Assembly: GCA_001029735.1 (NCBI GenBank)
Contig: CP011213.1
Span: forward strand, 268,087-332,086
Direction of reading: 5' to 3'
DNA: 64,000 nucleotides
DNA from: Berkelbacteria bacterium GW2011_GWE1_39_12
GTDB lineage: Bacteria; Patescibacteriota; UBA1384; UBA12157
The notes under the pieces were generated by a model that saw only the letters and a list, made by a program, of their open reading frames with translations, made no database searches and was not told the DNA's origin. This document shows, piece by piece, positions 1 through 8,497 of this stretch (positions within the stretch are counted from its first letter, which is position 1; every line of letters begins with the position of its first letter). A program made the position numbers and the translations under genes.

Positions 1-130
1 TGTAACGCAAAGGCCACAACCAATACATAAATCTGGATCAACTGTCGGCGTTTTGGCCGTATTTTCTTCTGACATGTTTTCTCCTTATTATTATTTCCCT
101 TCCTTTAGTTTACCTAAAAATAATCTTTTT

Positions 131-237
131 GCAACCTGCAAAAGCATTTGGAGGAATGTGCTGTGTACTCGCAGTGCAACCTGCAAAGACATTTTGGAGG
201 AATGTACTGTGTATTCGCAGTGCAACCTGCAATAGCG
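131..237. repeat. tandem direct repeat, ~46-bp unit x ~2.3 (gcaacctgcaaa..ggaggaatgt.ctgtgta.tcgcagt)
   Basis: Seen directly: unit at 131-175, 176-221, partial 222-237. Intergenic, 3' of the ZIP transporter gene. Confidence 0.8.
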
Positions 238-246
238 AAATTATAG

Positions 247-993
247 TTAAAAAGCTATTTCTAATAAAAAATACAATATGAAAGAAACGAACCCTCCGGC
301 AACGAGTACTCTTTTTCTGCCGATTCTTAGTGAGGTCGGAATTAACTCATGAAACGAAATAAAAAGCATCGCGCCAGCTGCTATTGAGAGAAATATCGGA
401 TTTAGAAAAGAAAAATAATGTATTAAGATCACACCGAGAATTGCCCCTGAAAGAGTCGATATTCCCGAGAATAATGCTGATTTATAGAAAAATTTGTTAC
501 AATTATATTTTGCAGAAGCAACCGTTAGGACATATCCTTCTGGAATATTATGGATGAAAGTTGCGGCTACCAATAAAAAACCAAGATCTGTTGATGATTC
601 AAATGAGCTGGGGATAGCAAATCCTTCAGGAAAATCATGCAAAATCAAACCGATCGCCAAAAGATAGGACATTCTGACCATACATTTTCCGTCACAGTCT
701 TCAATCGCTTTAACAGAGTGGATATGAGGCAATATTCTATTTATTCCCCAAACTACACATGCGCCGATTGTTACCCAAATCAATGATTTAAATTGAATGA
801 TAGAATAAGCGCCAGGTATCAGTTCAAAAAAAGAAATCAAAATCATAACACCGGCAGCAAAGGCAGTCCCGAAAGCAATATGAGTGGCTGACCTTTTGCC
901 ATGACTCCCAAGGATCACACCCAGCAAAGTAGCCAATCCTGAAAGAAAGGCCAAAACTAACACGGGTAAATTTTTTACGATAAACTCAAACAT
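247..993 (-). CDS. ZIP family metal (Zn/Fe) transporter
   Basis: Multi-TM protein with HNIPEG / HDFPEG / HELIP ZIP signature motifs. The longer ORF overlaps tRNA-Glu, so start placed at the MFEF Met (ATG 991-993). Confidence 0.75.
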   Translation of the reverse strand: MFEFIVKNLPVLVLAFLSGLATLLGVILGSHGKRSATHIAFGTAFAAGVMILISFFELIPGAYSIIQFKSLIWVTIGACVVWGINRILPHIHSVKAIEDCDGKCMVRMSYLLAIGLILHDFPEGFAIPSSFESSTDLGFLLVAATFIHNIPEGYVLTVASAKYNCNKFFYKSALFSGISTLSGAILGVILIHYFSFLNPIFLSIAAGAMLFISFHELIPTSLRIGRKRVLVAGGFVSFILYFLLEIAF

Positions 994-1031
994 GTATGAA
1001 TCAAGCTCTTCTTTTGGTTGACTTTTTTGTT

Positions 1032-1108
1032 TGGCAGCGCGGACGGGATTCGAACCCGTGATCTCCTGGATGAGAACCAGGTATCCTAGGCCTCTAGACG
1101 ACCGCGCC
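1032..1108 (-). tRNA. tRNA-Glu (anticodon CUC), CCA encoded
   Basis: Cloverleaf read by hand: acceptor GGCGCGG/CCGCGCT, D-arm GTCTAGAGGCCTAGGAT typical of tRNA-Glu, anticodon loop TTCTCAT, T-arm ACGGGTTCGAATCCCGT, discriminator G + CCA. Confidence 0.8.
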
Positions 1109-1164
1109 ATAAATTATAATTTACTGTAATATTTTTATTTAAGTACCTCTGCTCGATGTCTTCG

Positions 1165-1257
1165 GCCGCTGAAATTTTCTGCTGAATTATGGTCAAATTG
1201 ACATTTGCCGCTGAAATTTTCTGCTGAAAATTATAGACTTCTAGACGACCGCGCCAT
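1165..1257. repeat. 22-bp perfect direct repeat x2 (gccgctgaaattttctgctgaa at 1165 and 1207) plus an 18-bp copy of the tRNA-Glu 5' end (1240-1257 = 1093-1110)
   Basis: Seen directly in sequence, immediately upstream of tRNA-Glu. Confidence 0.8.
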
Positions 1258-1376
1258 ATGAAGTAATTCTAGCAAAAAAACGATAAAAACTCAATATTAA
1301 TTTGCAGATGAAAAAACCACTAGTTTCCTAGTGGTTAAATATCCCCATATATGTAAGTGACATTTCTACCGTCACT

Positions 1377-1658
1377 TTAGCGATATTGGTAATGTAGATC
1401 CCGGAGAGCTGACTCGGTTTGCCGAAGCAGTTTCTCTGTATCTTCCACGCTTTGCTTGCGTGAAAGATGATAACAGGATCTGACCCGGTCAACATAATAG
1501 GCGCGGCAAAGTTTACAATATGCCATGCCTTTTTTATCGATACAATCATGGCAGAGCTTCTCATGAAGAAGCCCTTTGCCAGCGCAAAGAGCACATTCAC
1601 CGAAATATAATTTGCCTCGGTTCTCTAGTGCCGTCCAAGATGGTATCATCCCTTTCAT
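1377..1658 (-). CDS. small Cys-rich (CxxC x3) zinc-ribbon-like protein, function unknown
   Basis: ORF with GGAGGAG RBS 4 nt upstream of ATG at 1658 (MKGMIPSW...). Motifs CALC...CHDC...CKLC. Same strand and immediately downstream of the STAS gene. Confidence 0.5.
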   Translation of the reverse strand: MKGMIPSWTALENRGKLYFGECALCAGKGLLHEKLCHDCIDKKGMAYCKLCRAYYVDRVRSCYHLSRKQSVEDTEKLLRQTESALRDLHYQYR

Positions 1659-1822
1659 TAGTCTCCTCCTGTAATACAACTAACGAACTTTCCTAACGTG
1701 CACTTGATATTGTACTCTTTTTTTAAAAAATGTCAATAGATCAAGCCTTCTTTAGCAGAATCTGACTATCAAATACTACAAAAACAAAAGCCGCTGGTTA
1801 AGAACCGGCGGCTGCATGATTG

Positions 1823-2224
1823 TTAGTTGTGCCATGGGGATGGCGGCTGTTCGAGTTTTTCGAACTGTTTGTATTTTTCGAGGAGGCTATGGGCTGAGGA
1901 GATATCGTCACACAACGCAACATACTTGTCCATTTCGCTTATTTTGAAGATCTTTCGAAAATCAGGAGAAACCACAACGATCAGTCGATTTACGTTATGA
2001 TTAATTAACCAAGACATTATCCACTTAACGCAAATTGAATCGCAGTAAGTAGCTTTCGAAAGATCAAAAACCACAGCGGAAACATTACCAATCTCCTTTT
2101 CCTTTTCTCCCATCTGTTCAAGCGACGATATATCGATTTCACCAGTAAGAGTAACTACCGGGATGTCCAGATACTTAGAAATCTCAATACCAAAATTAGC
2201 CATCTCATCCTCCTTCTCTGACAT
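1823..2224 (-). CDS. STAS-domain protein (anti-sigma-factor antagonist, SpoIIAA-like)
   Basis: Pattern VVTLTGEID..SS..L.......VVFDLSKATYCDSICV...L.........L.VVVSP..RKIFKIS..D matches the anti-anti-sigma STAS fold. Confidence 0.65.
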   Translation of the reverse strand: MSEKEDEMANFGIEISKYLDIPVVTLTGEIDISSLEQMGEKEKEIGNVSAVVFDLSKATYCDSICVKWIMSWLINHNVNRLIVVVSPDFRKIFKISEMDKYVALCDDISSAHSLLEKYKQFEKLEQPPSPWHN

Positions 2225-2552
2225 GGCTATACTAATAGATCAGAAATCATATTTCATTATAGAAAGAGACAATTTTAATCTTCAGTTTTGTTTTTTGAAA
2301 ACCAAAACAGCATCGGCGAAAATAAAACTTGCCCCTAAACCAATAAAGAAAGCCAAAAAACTATCAAGATTGTCATTCTAATATTCTATAAGCTCAGCGT
2401 ACCGCCAAACGGAATTTTTAATAAATATTTGCCAATACCTGCAAGCCCCGTTTCTTATCACACTATTTATCTTCCATTAACACCACACCTCAAAAATATT
2501 TTCATTAAGCTTTAATCTTTGTCATACGTTTGTCACTTCTTGGTTCTCAGCT

Positions 2553-2596
2553 CAAGATCAAAACAAAAACAAACCAACATGTGGCTTGTTTTTGTT
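2553..2596 (-). terminator. hairpin (14-bp stem aaacaaaaacaaacc / ggcttgtttttgttt) + U-rich tract immediately 3' of tRNA-Gln
   Basis: Inverted repeat read directly; on the minus strand it is followed by a T-rich run. Confidence 0.45.
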
Positions 2597-2670
2597 TGGC
2601 TCCGGGACTTGGATTCGAACCAAGATACCTACCTTCAGAGGGTAGTGTCCTGCCGTTAGACGATCCCGGA
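2597..2670 (-). tRNA. tRNA-Gln (anticodon CUG), CCA encoded
   Basis: Acceptor TCCGGGA/TCCCGGA (U1-A72 as in bacterial tRNA-Gln), anticodon stem CTACC/GGTAG, loop CTCTGAA, T-arm TTGGTTCGAATCCAA, G + CCA. Confidence 0.8.
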
Positions 2671-2674
2671 ATAA

Positions 2675-3448
2675 TTAATTGCTTTTCCGATAAAGTTCTC
2701 GATACATTTCTAAGGTTGAGGCAAAAAAACCCTCGGCAAATCCAGATACGTTATTTATTTCACCTTGATATTTATTTAAGCCCAAAATTGCATCGTCATA
2801 ATTTCTTGCCTCTAGTTGGCTTACGTTCATCCTCATCGCTTGTTTTTTAGATTCAAACTCTTCGTCAATTGGAACTAGGCGATTGACATAGATCGGGGTC
2901 CAAACTTGATACGCCCAAATTTCCAAATACTGATCAAGTTTATTTAAACTCATCAGAATTTTATTGACCGCTCGATGATCGGGGTGATTATCTAAAAAAG
3001 AAGGCACAAATATTATATCAGGTTTAAACTCCTCAATCAACTTGCTGAGCGCTTTAACTATAATTTTATCAGCTTTTAAATTACCATCTTCGAAACCAAA
3101 AAAAATTTGTTTTCGTATTCCTAAAATTTTAGCTGATTTCTTTACTTCTTTTCTTCTTATTGCTGCAAGTTTTGGATCTTTTTTAGTTCTTCCGTCTGTA
3201 CCAGCCGATCCGTCACAAAAATAAACAACCATGATCTTGCTGCCGTTTTTCGAAAGTTTTTTAAGTGCGCCGCCGATTCCAAAAACCTCATCATCAGGAT
3301 GAGGCGCTAAAACTAAAACTTTTTCATAGAGAAGATCGTTGATTTCTTCGACATGAAAGTTAAATTTAGTGGCGGAAATGAACTTACCAAAACCGACTGC
3401 TTTCCTTAAACTATTGAGAGATAGCAGAATTTGCCACAACTTGTTCAT
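2675..3448 (-). CDS. PIG-L/LmbE family N-acetylglucosaminyl deacetylase
   Basis: LVLAPHPDDEVFGIGG motif (HPDDE) and downstream His/Asp motifs of the PIG-L family. 38-bp overlap with the upstream GT gene. Confidence 0.7.
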   Translation of the reverse strand: MNKLWQILLSLNSLRKAVGFGKFISATKFNFHVEEINDLLYEKVLVLAPHPDDEVFGIGGALKKLSKNGSKIMVVYFCDGSAGTDGRTKKDPKLAAIRRKEVKKSAKILGIRKQIFFGFEDGNLKADKIIVKALSKLIEEFKPDIIFVPSFLDNHPDHRAVNKILMSLNKLDQYLEIWAYQVWTPIYVNRLVPIDEEFESKKQAMRMNVSQLEARNYDDAILGLNKYQGEINNVSGFAEGFFASTLEMYRELYRKSN

Positions 3449-4529
3449 AGGTTCTTTCTAACTCGACCATCATATCTTTGATATTAAATCTCAATTTTGC
3501 TTCTTTCTGTGCCATTTCCCCCATTTTTTTCGCCATTGATGGATGCCTTAACATTTCCAATATTGCATCTGAAAGCGTTTCTGAATTCGATGGCTCAACC
3601 AATAGACCGGATTTACCCTCCATCACAACTTCGGGAATACCACCTGTGTTGGTAGCTACAACTGGCAAACCAACATCCATTGCCTGGACCATCGCCAAAC
3701 CAAAACTCTCCGAAAGAGAAGGCTGAACATAAAGGTCAAATTTCTCTAAATACTTAACTGGATTAGGAACAAAACCGGTAAACTTTACATAATTTTTAAG
3801 CTTAAGCTTTTTTACCTGGTCAACTAAATGTCGACGATATTCACCATCACCAATAATTTCTAATCTGATTCCAGGAAATTCCTTAATGACTTTTGGAAGT
3901 GCACCAATTAAATACTGAACTCCTTTTTGCTGATTTAATGTCCCGACGGTCGCCAAAAGAAATTCTTGTTCACTTTGAAAAATCTTGGCCTGATGGCTTG
4001 TAGGCTCAATCCCGTTATATATGACTTTGACTTTTTCATAACGAGAAATACTAGAAGAAACCATAAATTCTTTTACAGCTTCCGAAACAGCAATGTTTAA
4101 TGTTGTAAAAATATCTAAAAACCAATTAGCGCTATAGTGAACAAAGTTCATCCATTTACTCTGCAACTTAAATTGCTTGGTCCAAAGATGTTCAGTGTAA
4201 ATAACTGGTTTATTGGCACCTATCGCTGCCAGTCTCCCTAAGACACCAGCTCGGGTTCCGTGAACATGAATAATTTGCGGATTAGACAGTTTAATTTCTT
4301 TTCTAATACGTCGAATTGCTTCCATATCAAAACGGTCATTCATCGGAATTACTTCCAAATCGATGTGTCGATGTAATTTTCTAATTTCTCCGGCTAGAGG
4401 CCCAGGAGGACAAATGCAGTGAAGCGCAAACTTTTCCGTATCTATGTTTTCCAAAATACCTAAAAGATGACGCGGCGCGCCAGCAAGAGAAGAGTCTCCA
4501 ATAATTTCTAAGATACTAATTTTTTTCAT
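3411..4529 (-). CDS. glycosyltransferase family 4 (GT-B, GT4/GT1)
   Basis: C-terminal ESFGLAMVQAMDVGLPVVATNTGGIPEVV motif. Start chosen at MKKISIL (ATG 4527-4529, AAGGA upstream). ORF track extends to a TTG at 4559. Confidence 0.8.
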   Translation of the reverse strand: MKKISILEIIGDSSLAGAPRHLLGILENIDTEKFALHCICPPGPLAGEIRKLHRHIDLEVIPMNDRFDMEAIRRIRKEIKLSNPQIIHVHGTRAGVLGRLAAIGANKPVIYTEHLWTKQFKLQSKWMNFVHYSANWFLDIFTTLNIAVSEAVKEFMVSSSISRYEKVKVIYNGIEPTSHQAKIFQSEQEFLLATVGTLNQQKGVQYLIGALPKVIKEFPGIRLEIIGDGEYRRHLVDQVKKLKLKNYVKFTGFVPNPVKYLEKFDLYVQPSLSESFGLAMVQAMDVGLPVVATNTGGIPEVVMEGKSGLLVEPSNSETLSDAILEMLRHPSMAKKMGEMAQKEAKLRFNIKDMMVELERTYEQVVANSAISQ

Positions 4530-4572
4530 TATAACAATCCTTAGAAATTTCCTCGGCAAACAGCAGTTTGCA

Positions 4573-4605
4573 CATAATTTCTAAGATACTAATTTTCTTT
4601 GCCAT
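4573..4605 (-). repeat. near-exact duplicate of the GT4 gene start (ataatttctaagatactaatttt; 4501-4523 = 4575-4597), creating an out-of-frame 29-codon uORF whose ATG (4603-4605) abuts the gltX stop
   Basis: Seen directly. Copy 2 encodes MAKKISILEIM..., copy 1 MKKISILEII... Confidence 0.6.
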
Positions 4606-4606
4606 C

Positions 4607-6109
4607 TTACTTAGAGTTTAGCATATCAATAGCGGTTTTAATACGTTCCAATGTTTCGTTTTTGCCAAAAAATGAAATCAATTCGAAAGTACCCGGGGAG
4701 GCAGCTTTGCCTGAAAGAGCCACGCGAATTGGCCACAAAACCTCCCCTGCCGAAACACCAATGTTTTCAGCCATAGCTCGTAGTAATTGCTCAATCGAGT
4801 CACGAGTAAAATCAACTTCCTCAGTTAAAACTTTGTAAGATTCTTCAAGCGCTTTCAAAGTTATTTCTTTGGTGGATTTTTTAGCAATTAAAAGCTCGGC
4901 GTCATATTCAGGCTTTTTAAAGAAAAATTCTGTCAGCGCTGGTGCTTCAGATAGCTTTTTCATTCGTTCTTGAACCAGACCAATTACGTCTAATAATTTT
5001 TCGTCTTCTTTTTTAACTAAACTGGCTTTTTCCATATAAGGCAAACATCTTTTTGCTAATTCTCCGAGCTCCATTTGACGAATATAATAACCGTTATAAA
5101 AATTTAGTTTTTCCACGTCGAAAACGGCTGGGCTTTTCCCTACTTGTGAAAAATCAAATTCTCCCACTAATTCATCTAACGTAAAAAACTCTTTATTAAT
5201 CTTAGGCCCGCCTGCATCAGCTGTGCTGGAAGCACTGCGGGCAGGCGTCCATCCCAAAAAAGCCATGAAGTTGATTACTGCTTCTGGCAGATATCCTTCG
5301 TCTCGAAAATCGTGAGTTATCGAAGTCGGATTTTTACGTTTGCTCATTTTAGTTCGGTCAGGATTCAATATCATTGGCAAATGGCCATATTCTGGAACTG
5401 GTAAATTCATTGCATCTGCTAACATCAACTGTTTTGGCGTGTTAGCTAAATGATCATCTCCTCGAACTACATGGGAAATTTTCATTTCAGCATCATCGAC
5501 AATGTTGGATATTAAAAAGATCGGATCGCCATTTGGTTTAACGATAACAAAATCGCCAATCAAATTGGAATCAAATTCCATGGGTCCGTGAATCAAATCT
5601 TTCCATTTGATAGTTTTATTTTCCGGCACCTTAAATCGGATTGCCGGTTTTCTACCTTCTGCTTTGCACTTATCAGCATCTTCTTTCGACAAGTTACGGC
5701 ATCGGCCAGAATATTTAGGCGGCAACTTTTTTTCTTCCAATTCCTTGCGTTCTTTATCTAATTCTTCTTGAGTACAATAGCAATAATAGGCAAAACCATC
5801 TTCCACCATCTTTTTGGCAAATCTTTCATAAATAGGAAGTCTTTCGCTTTGGCGGTAAGGACCATACAGATCAGGTGTTTCCGGACCCTCGTCCCAACCC
5901 AAACCAAGCCAAGAAAGTGCTCCTTCAGCGTCTAGTTCATATTCTTCAGTGGACCTCTCACGGTCAGTATCTTCTATTCTCAAAATAAACCGGCCATCAT
6001 GTTTTTTAGCAAACAACCAGTTAAACAAAGCCGTTCTTGCACTACCAAAATGAAATAAGCCTGTAGGTGATGGTGCAATTCTTGTTCGGACTTCTGCATT
6101 ATCTATCAT
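4607..6109 (-). CDS. gltX: glutamyl-tRNA synthetase
   Basis: HIGH-region (RIAPSPTGLFHFGSART), KMSKRK (KMSKS) motif, length 500 aa. Confidence 0.93.
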   Translation of the reverse strand: MIDNAEVRTRIAPSPTGLFHFGSARTALFNWLFAKKHDGRFILRIEDTDRERSTEEYELDAEGALSWLGLGWDEGPETPDLYGPYRQSERLPIYERFAKKMVEDGFAYYCYCTQEELDKERKELEEKKLPPKYSGRCRNLSKEDADKCKAEGRKPAIRFKVPENKTIKWKDLIHGPMEFDSNLIGDFVIVKPNGDPIFLISNIVDDAEMKISHVVRGDDHLANTPKQLMLADAMNLPVPEYGHLPMILNPDRTKMSKRKNPTSITHDFRDEGYLPEAVINFMAFLGWTPARSASSTADAGGPKINKEFFTLDELVGEFDFSQVGKSPAVFDVEKLNFYNGYYIRQMELGELAKRCLPYMEKASLVKKEDEKLLDVIGLVQERMKKLSEAPALTEFFFKKPEYDAELLIAKKSTKEITLKALEESYKVLTEEVDFTRDSIEQLLRAMAENIGVSAGEVLWPIRVALSGKAASPGTFELISFFGKNETLERIKTAIDMLNSK

Positions 6110-6126
6110 AATTTCCCCATTAAATT

Positions 6127-6480
6127 TTATGATTCCTCGACCGCATTTACAATGTGTGTGATGCTTTCATTTTCCACATTTATAGCCACCACGTCAATTC
6201 TGACCGAATGACTAGGATAAAGTTGCCAAAGAGCTTTAGCTAATTGAACCAACTTTTTCTTTTTAAAAAAATCTACCATATCTTGTGGTGAGCCAAATTC
6301 ATCATTGGTTTTTGTTTTTACTTCACAAATCACGAGATCATCGCCGTCTTCCATCAATAAATCGATTTCGCCACAAACAAGCCGCAAATTCTTTTTGACA
6401 AATTTATAGCCCTTTTTTACCAAATATTCTTTGGCGAGTTCTTCACCTTCGTTACCTAAACTTTTGCTTTGAAAAGTCAT
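6127..6480 (-). CDS. yraN: YraN/UPF0102 family endonuclease-like protein
   Basis: GE(ID)LL...D.LV.(CEVK)TK pattern typical of YraN, ~117 aa. Confidence 0.75.
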   Translation of the reverse strand: MTFQSKSLGNEGEELAKEYLVKKGYKFVKKNLRLVCGEIDLLMEDGDDLVICEVKTKTNDEFGSPQDMVDFFKKKKLVQLAKALWQLYPSHSVRIDVVAINVENESITHIVNAVEES

Positions 6481-6532
6481 TAATTCTTCCTAACGAGAGA
6501 TAGAGTTATAAAAGAATAAACCGAGATCGATC

Positions 6533-7075
6533 TTACTTAGCTTCAGGAGTTTCAGCTGGCTTTTCTTCTGTTGCTTCTTCTATATGAGAGGCGACCGCCT
6601 GTTCAAATTTATCTTTTAGCTTAGCTTCTTCTTCGGCTTTTTGAGCTGCTTTTGCTTCTGCTAATTTAGCTTTTTCAGCTTCAATTTTGGCGACTTCTTC
6701 TTCTCCCATCGCCTCTTCCCAAAGCCCATAGCTCTTAATTTCAGACTTTCTCTTTTTCTTTTTGCCAATTAAGTCGCGTAGAAAATAAAGTTTTGCTCGA
6801 GAGACCTTCACGGATTTAACTTTTTCAAATTTAGTAATAAGTGGCGAATGTAGTGGAAATGTTCTTTCAACACCTATACCGCTGGAGATTTTGCGGACCT
6901 TAACGGAACCGTCTAAGCCTTTACCGTGCTTTAAACCAATACACATACCTTCAAAAATCTGAATACGGGTTTTATTACCTTCAGTGATTTTGAAATGAAC
7001 TTTAATGGTGTCACCCGGACGAATTTCCGGAACATTTTGCTTGCCGAATTTTTTGATTAAATTTTCTGTCTGCAT
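6533..7075 (-). CDS. rplS: 50S ribosomal protein L19 with K/E/A-rich C-terminal extension
   Basis: N-terminal 115 aa match L19 (IRPGDTIKVHFKI.EG.K.RIQIFEG..I). Then a 65-aa low-complexity tail. Confidence 0.88.
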   Translation of the reverse strand: MQTENLIKKFGKQNVPEIRPGDTIKVHFKITEGNKTRIQIFEGMCIGLKHGKGLDGSVKVRKISSGIGVERTFPLHSPLITKFEKVKSVKVSRAKLYFLRDLIGKKKKRKSEIKSYGLWEEAMGEEEVAKIEAEKAKLAEAKAAQKAEEEAKLKDKFEQAVASHIEEATEEKPAETPEAK

Positions 7076-7175
7076 TTTTACTCTATTATTTTTTATTAAA
7101 TTCTTATTTTTATTTATTTTAAATTCTTATTCTTACAACTAATTTTAACACAATTCAATTGTTCTGTCCACACCT

Positions 7176-7219
7176 TAAGAAATAAGGGCGGCGGATCGCG
7201 TATTTTTACAATCCGCCGC
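7176..7219 (-). terminator. hairpin gcggcggat/atccgccgc with U-rich tract, 3' of the 7219..7935 gene
   Basis: 9-bp perfect inverted repeat read directly. Confidence 0.45.
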
Positions 7220-7935
7220 TAATTAAATATGGACATAACCTGTCCAGTAAACGCTCGAATAAACTTCAAGAAAAACGAATTACTCGAAGGTTTTTCGATG
7301 TCTTTCTCGGCTCTCACCGGTGTGAAACGGGCGACCTTTCGGACAAGGACAGACACTAAATCCATCTCTGTTCCGGCCAAGATTCGACTAACTGTTTCTG
7401 ATGCCAAATCAAGGCAGGTCATCACTAGCGGATCGACAGACGGGCCCAAGTCATGCATCAGCCAAAGCTTGGTCGATACTTTCTTCTTCGTCCAGACCGA
7501 TGGAAGAACAGTACCTTGAAATGATACAACTGAATCACCGCCTTGGCTTAAACGAATCGAATCAAGCACGAAGCGGCTAGAAGCGATTGTCAGATATTCA
7601 ATCGCTCTGGGAATGTCGAAATTATCGATTGCATCATCTTTACTAACACCATTAGTAATATAGTAATACGATCTTCTGTATTCAGATGGTAGTCTTTCCA
7701 CTATTGAATAGATTGTCTCTTGGACTTTTTGCAAATGACTTTCAGAAAAGATCATATTTCGGTCTGATTCAACCGATACTATCATTCTATAAGGCATTCC
7801 AGGATCAAAACCCTCTTGCCATTCACCCGGATAATCACGAAGCAGTTTAATTATCGGCGCACGATTTATCAGACGCCTTGATTTTGCTGCATAGCAAATT
7901 ATCGGTTGAGATGCTATCACATCTTCTGCGACCAT
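7219..7935 (-). CDS. hypothetical protein (GC-rich island)
   Basis: Long ORF. AAGGGGG RBS 6 nt before ATG at 7935. No family recognised. Base composition clearly GC-richer than the flanking ribosomal genes. Confidence 0.5.
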   Translation of the reverse strand: MVAEDVIASQPIICYAAKSRRLINRAPIIKLLRDYPGEWQEGFDPGMPYRMIVSVESDRNMIFSESHLQKVQETIYSIVERLPSEYRRSYYYITNGVSKDDAIDNFDIPRAIEYLTIASSRFVLDSIRLSQGGDSVVSFQGTVLPSVWTKKKVSTKLWLMHDLGPSVDPLVMTCLDLASETVSRILAGTEMDLVSVLVRKVARFTPVRAEKDIEKPSSNSFFLKFIRAFTGQVMSIFN

Positions 7936-7962
7936 CTTTTTCACCCCCTTTGCATGAAGAGA

Positions 7963-7990
7963 GGGGACGGCGCATCGCCGTCCCCTTTTT
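7963..7990. terminator. GC-rich hairpin ggggacggcg-cat-cgccgtcccc followed by TTTTT on plus strand (A-rich on the other side). Possible bidirectional terminator/attenuator between two minus-strand genes
   Basis: 10-bp perfect stem read directly. Confidence 0.4.
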
Positions 7991-8009
7991 CGCTGGATCG
8001 CTATAGGAT

Positions 8010-8264
8010 CTACTTACTTAGTCGAAGGCCGACCAGACCATCGTACTTACGTACATGGTCTGCAACATCGGCTGCGTAGAGTTCACTAGAACTCGTGTAG
8101 TTTGTTGAAAACGCTGCGTTCACCTGAGTGATCGCACTGGCTGACCTTCTTGACCTCTCGTCTGAGATCATTTGTCCTTGTCTCGGATCTTGGCTTTTGT
8201 CTCCATGACTTATTGGCTGTATCCAGAAACCAGATTTTTCTCGACTGTAAATTCCATCCTTCAT
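8010..8264 (-). CDS. hypothetical protein (GC-rich island)
   Basis: ORF. Start placed at MKDGIYS (GAGGAAG upstream). ORF track extends to a TTG at 8297. Confidence 0.35.
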   Translation of the reverse strand: MKDGIYSREKSGFWIQPISHGDKSQDPRQGQMISDERSRRSASAITQVNAAFSTNYTSSSELYAADVADHVRKYDGLVGLRLSK

Positions 8265-8497
8265 AATCTTCCTCACTTCATCGTTCGTAAAATGCAAAAT
8301 ACATTGTAAATGCTAAACGACGAAGCGAGTCACGGTCCCATTTTTTCTTCCATGCTGACGCATAGACCCCCTTCCTGTCAGATTGCTCCCCTTGTTGTTT
8401 TTCAACGTGCGACCGATCTTGTGTCGGTCTATACCACAGTCATGTCAGATAAAGCCAAGGCCCCCTTGACCTTAGGTTCGATCTGAATGCTTTATAT

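Noticed and set aside
53-235. 60-aa plus-strand ORF
   Set aside because: It is composed almost entirely of the 46-bp tandem repeat, has no RBS and no compositional support. More likely a non-coding repeat.
131-237. Possible CRISPR array
   Set aside because: Only ~2.3 tandem copies with no unique spacers and no cas genes. No CRISPR-like arrays anywhere in the window.
1328-1600. 90-aa minus-strand ORF overlapping the Cys-rich gene in another frame
   Set aside because: It has no RBS. The alternative frame carries the GGAGGAG RBS and Cys motifs.
2530-2850. 106-aa plus-strand ORF
   Set aside because: It runs antisense through tRNA-Gln and the 3' end of the PIG-L deacetylase gene. This is a spurious overlap.
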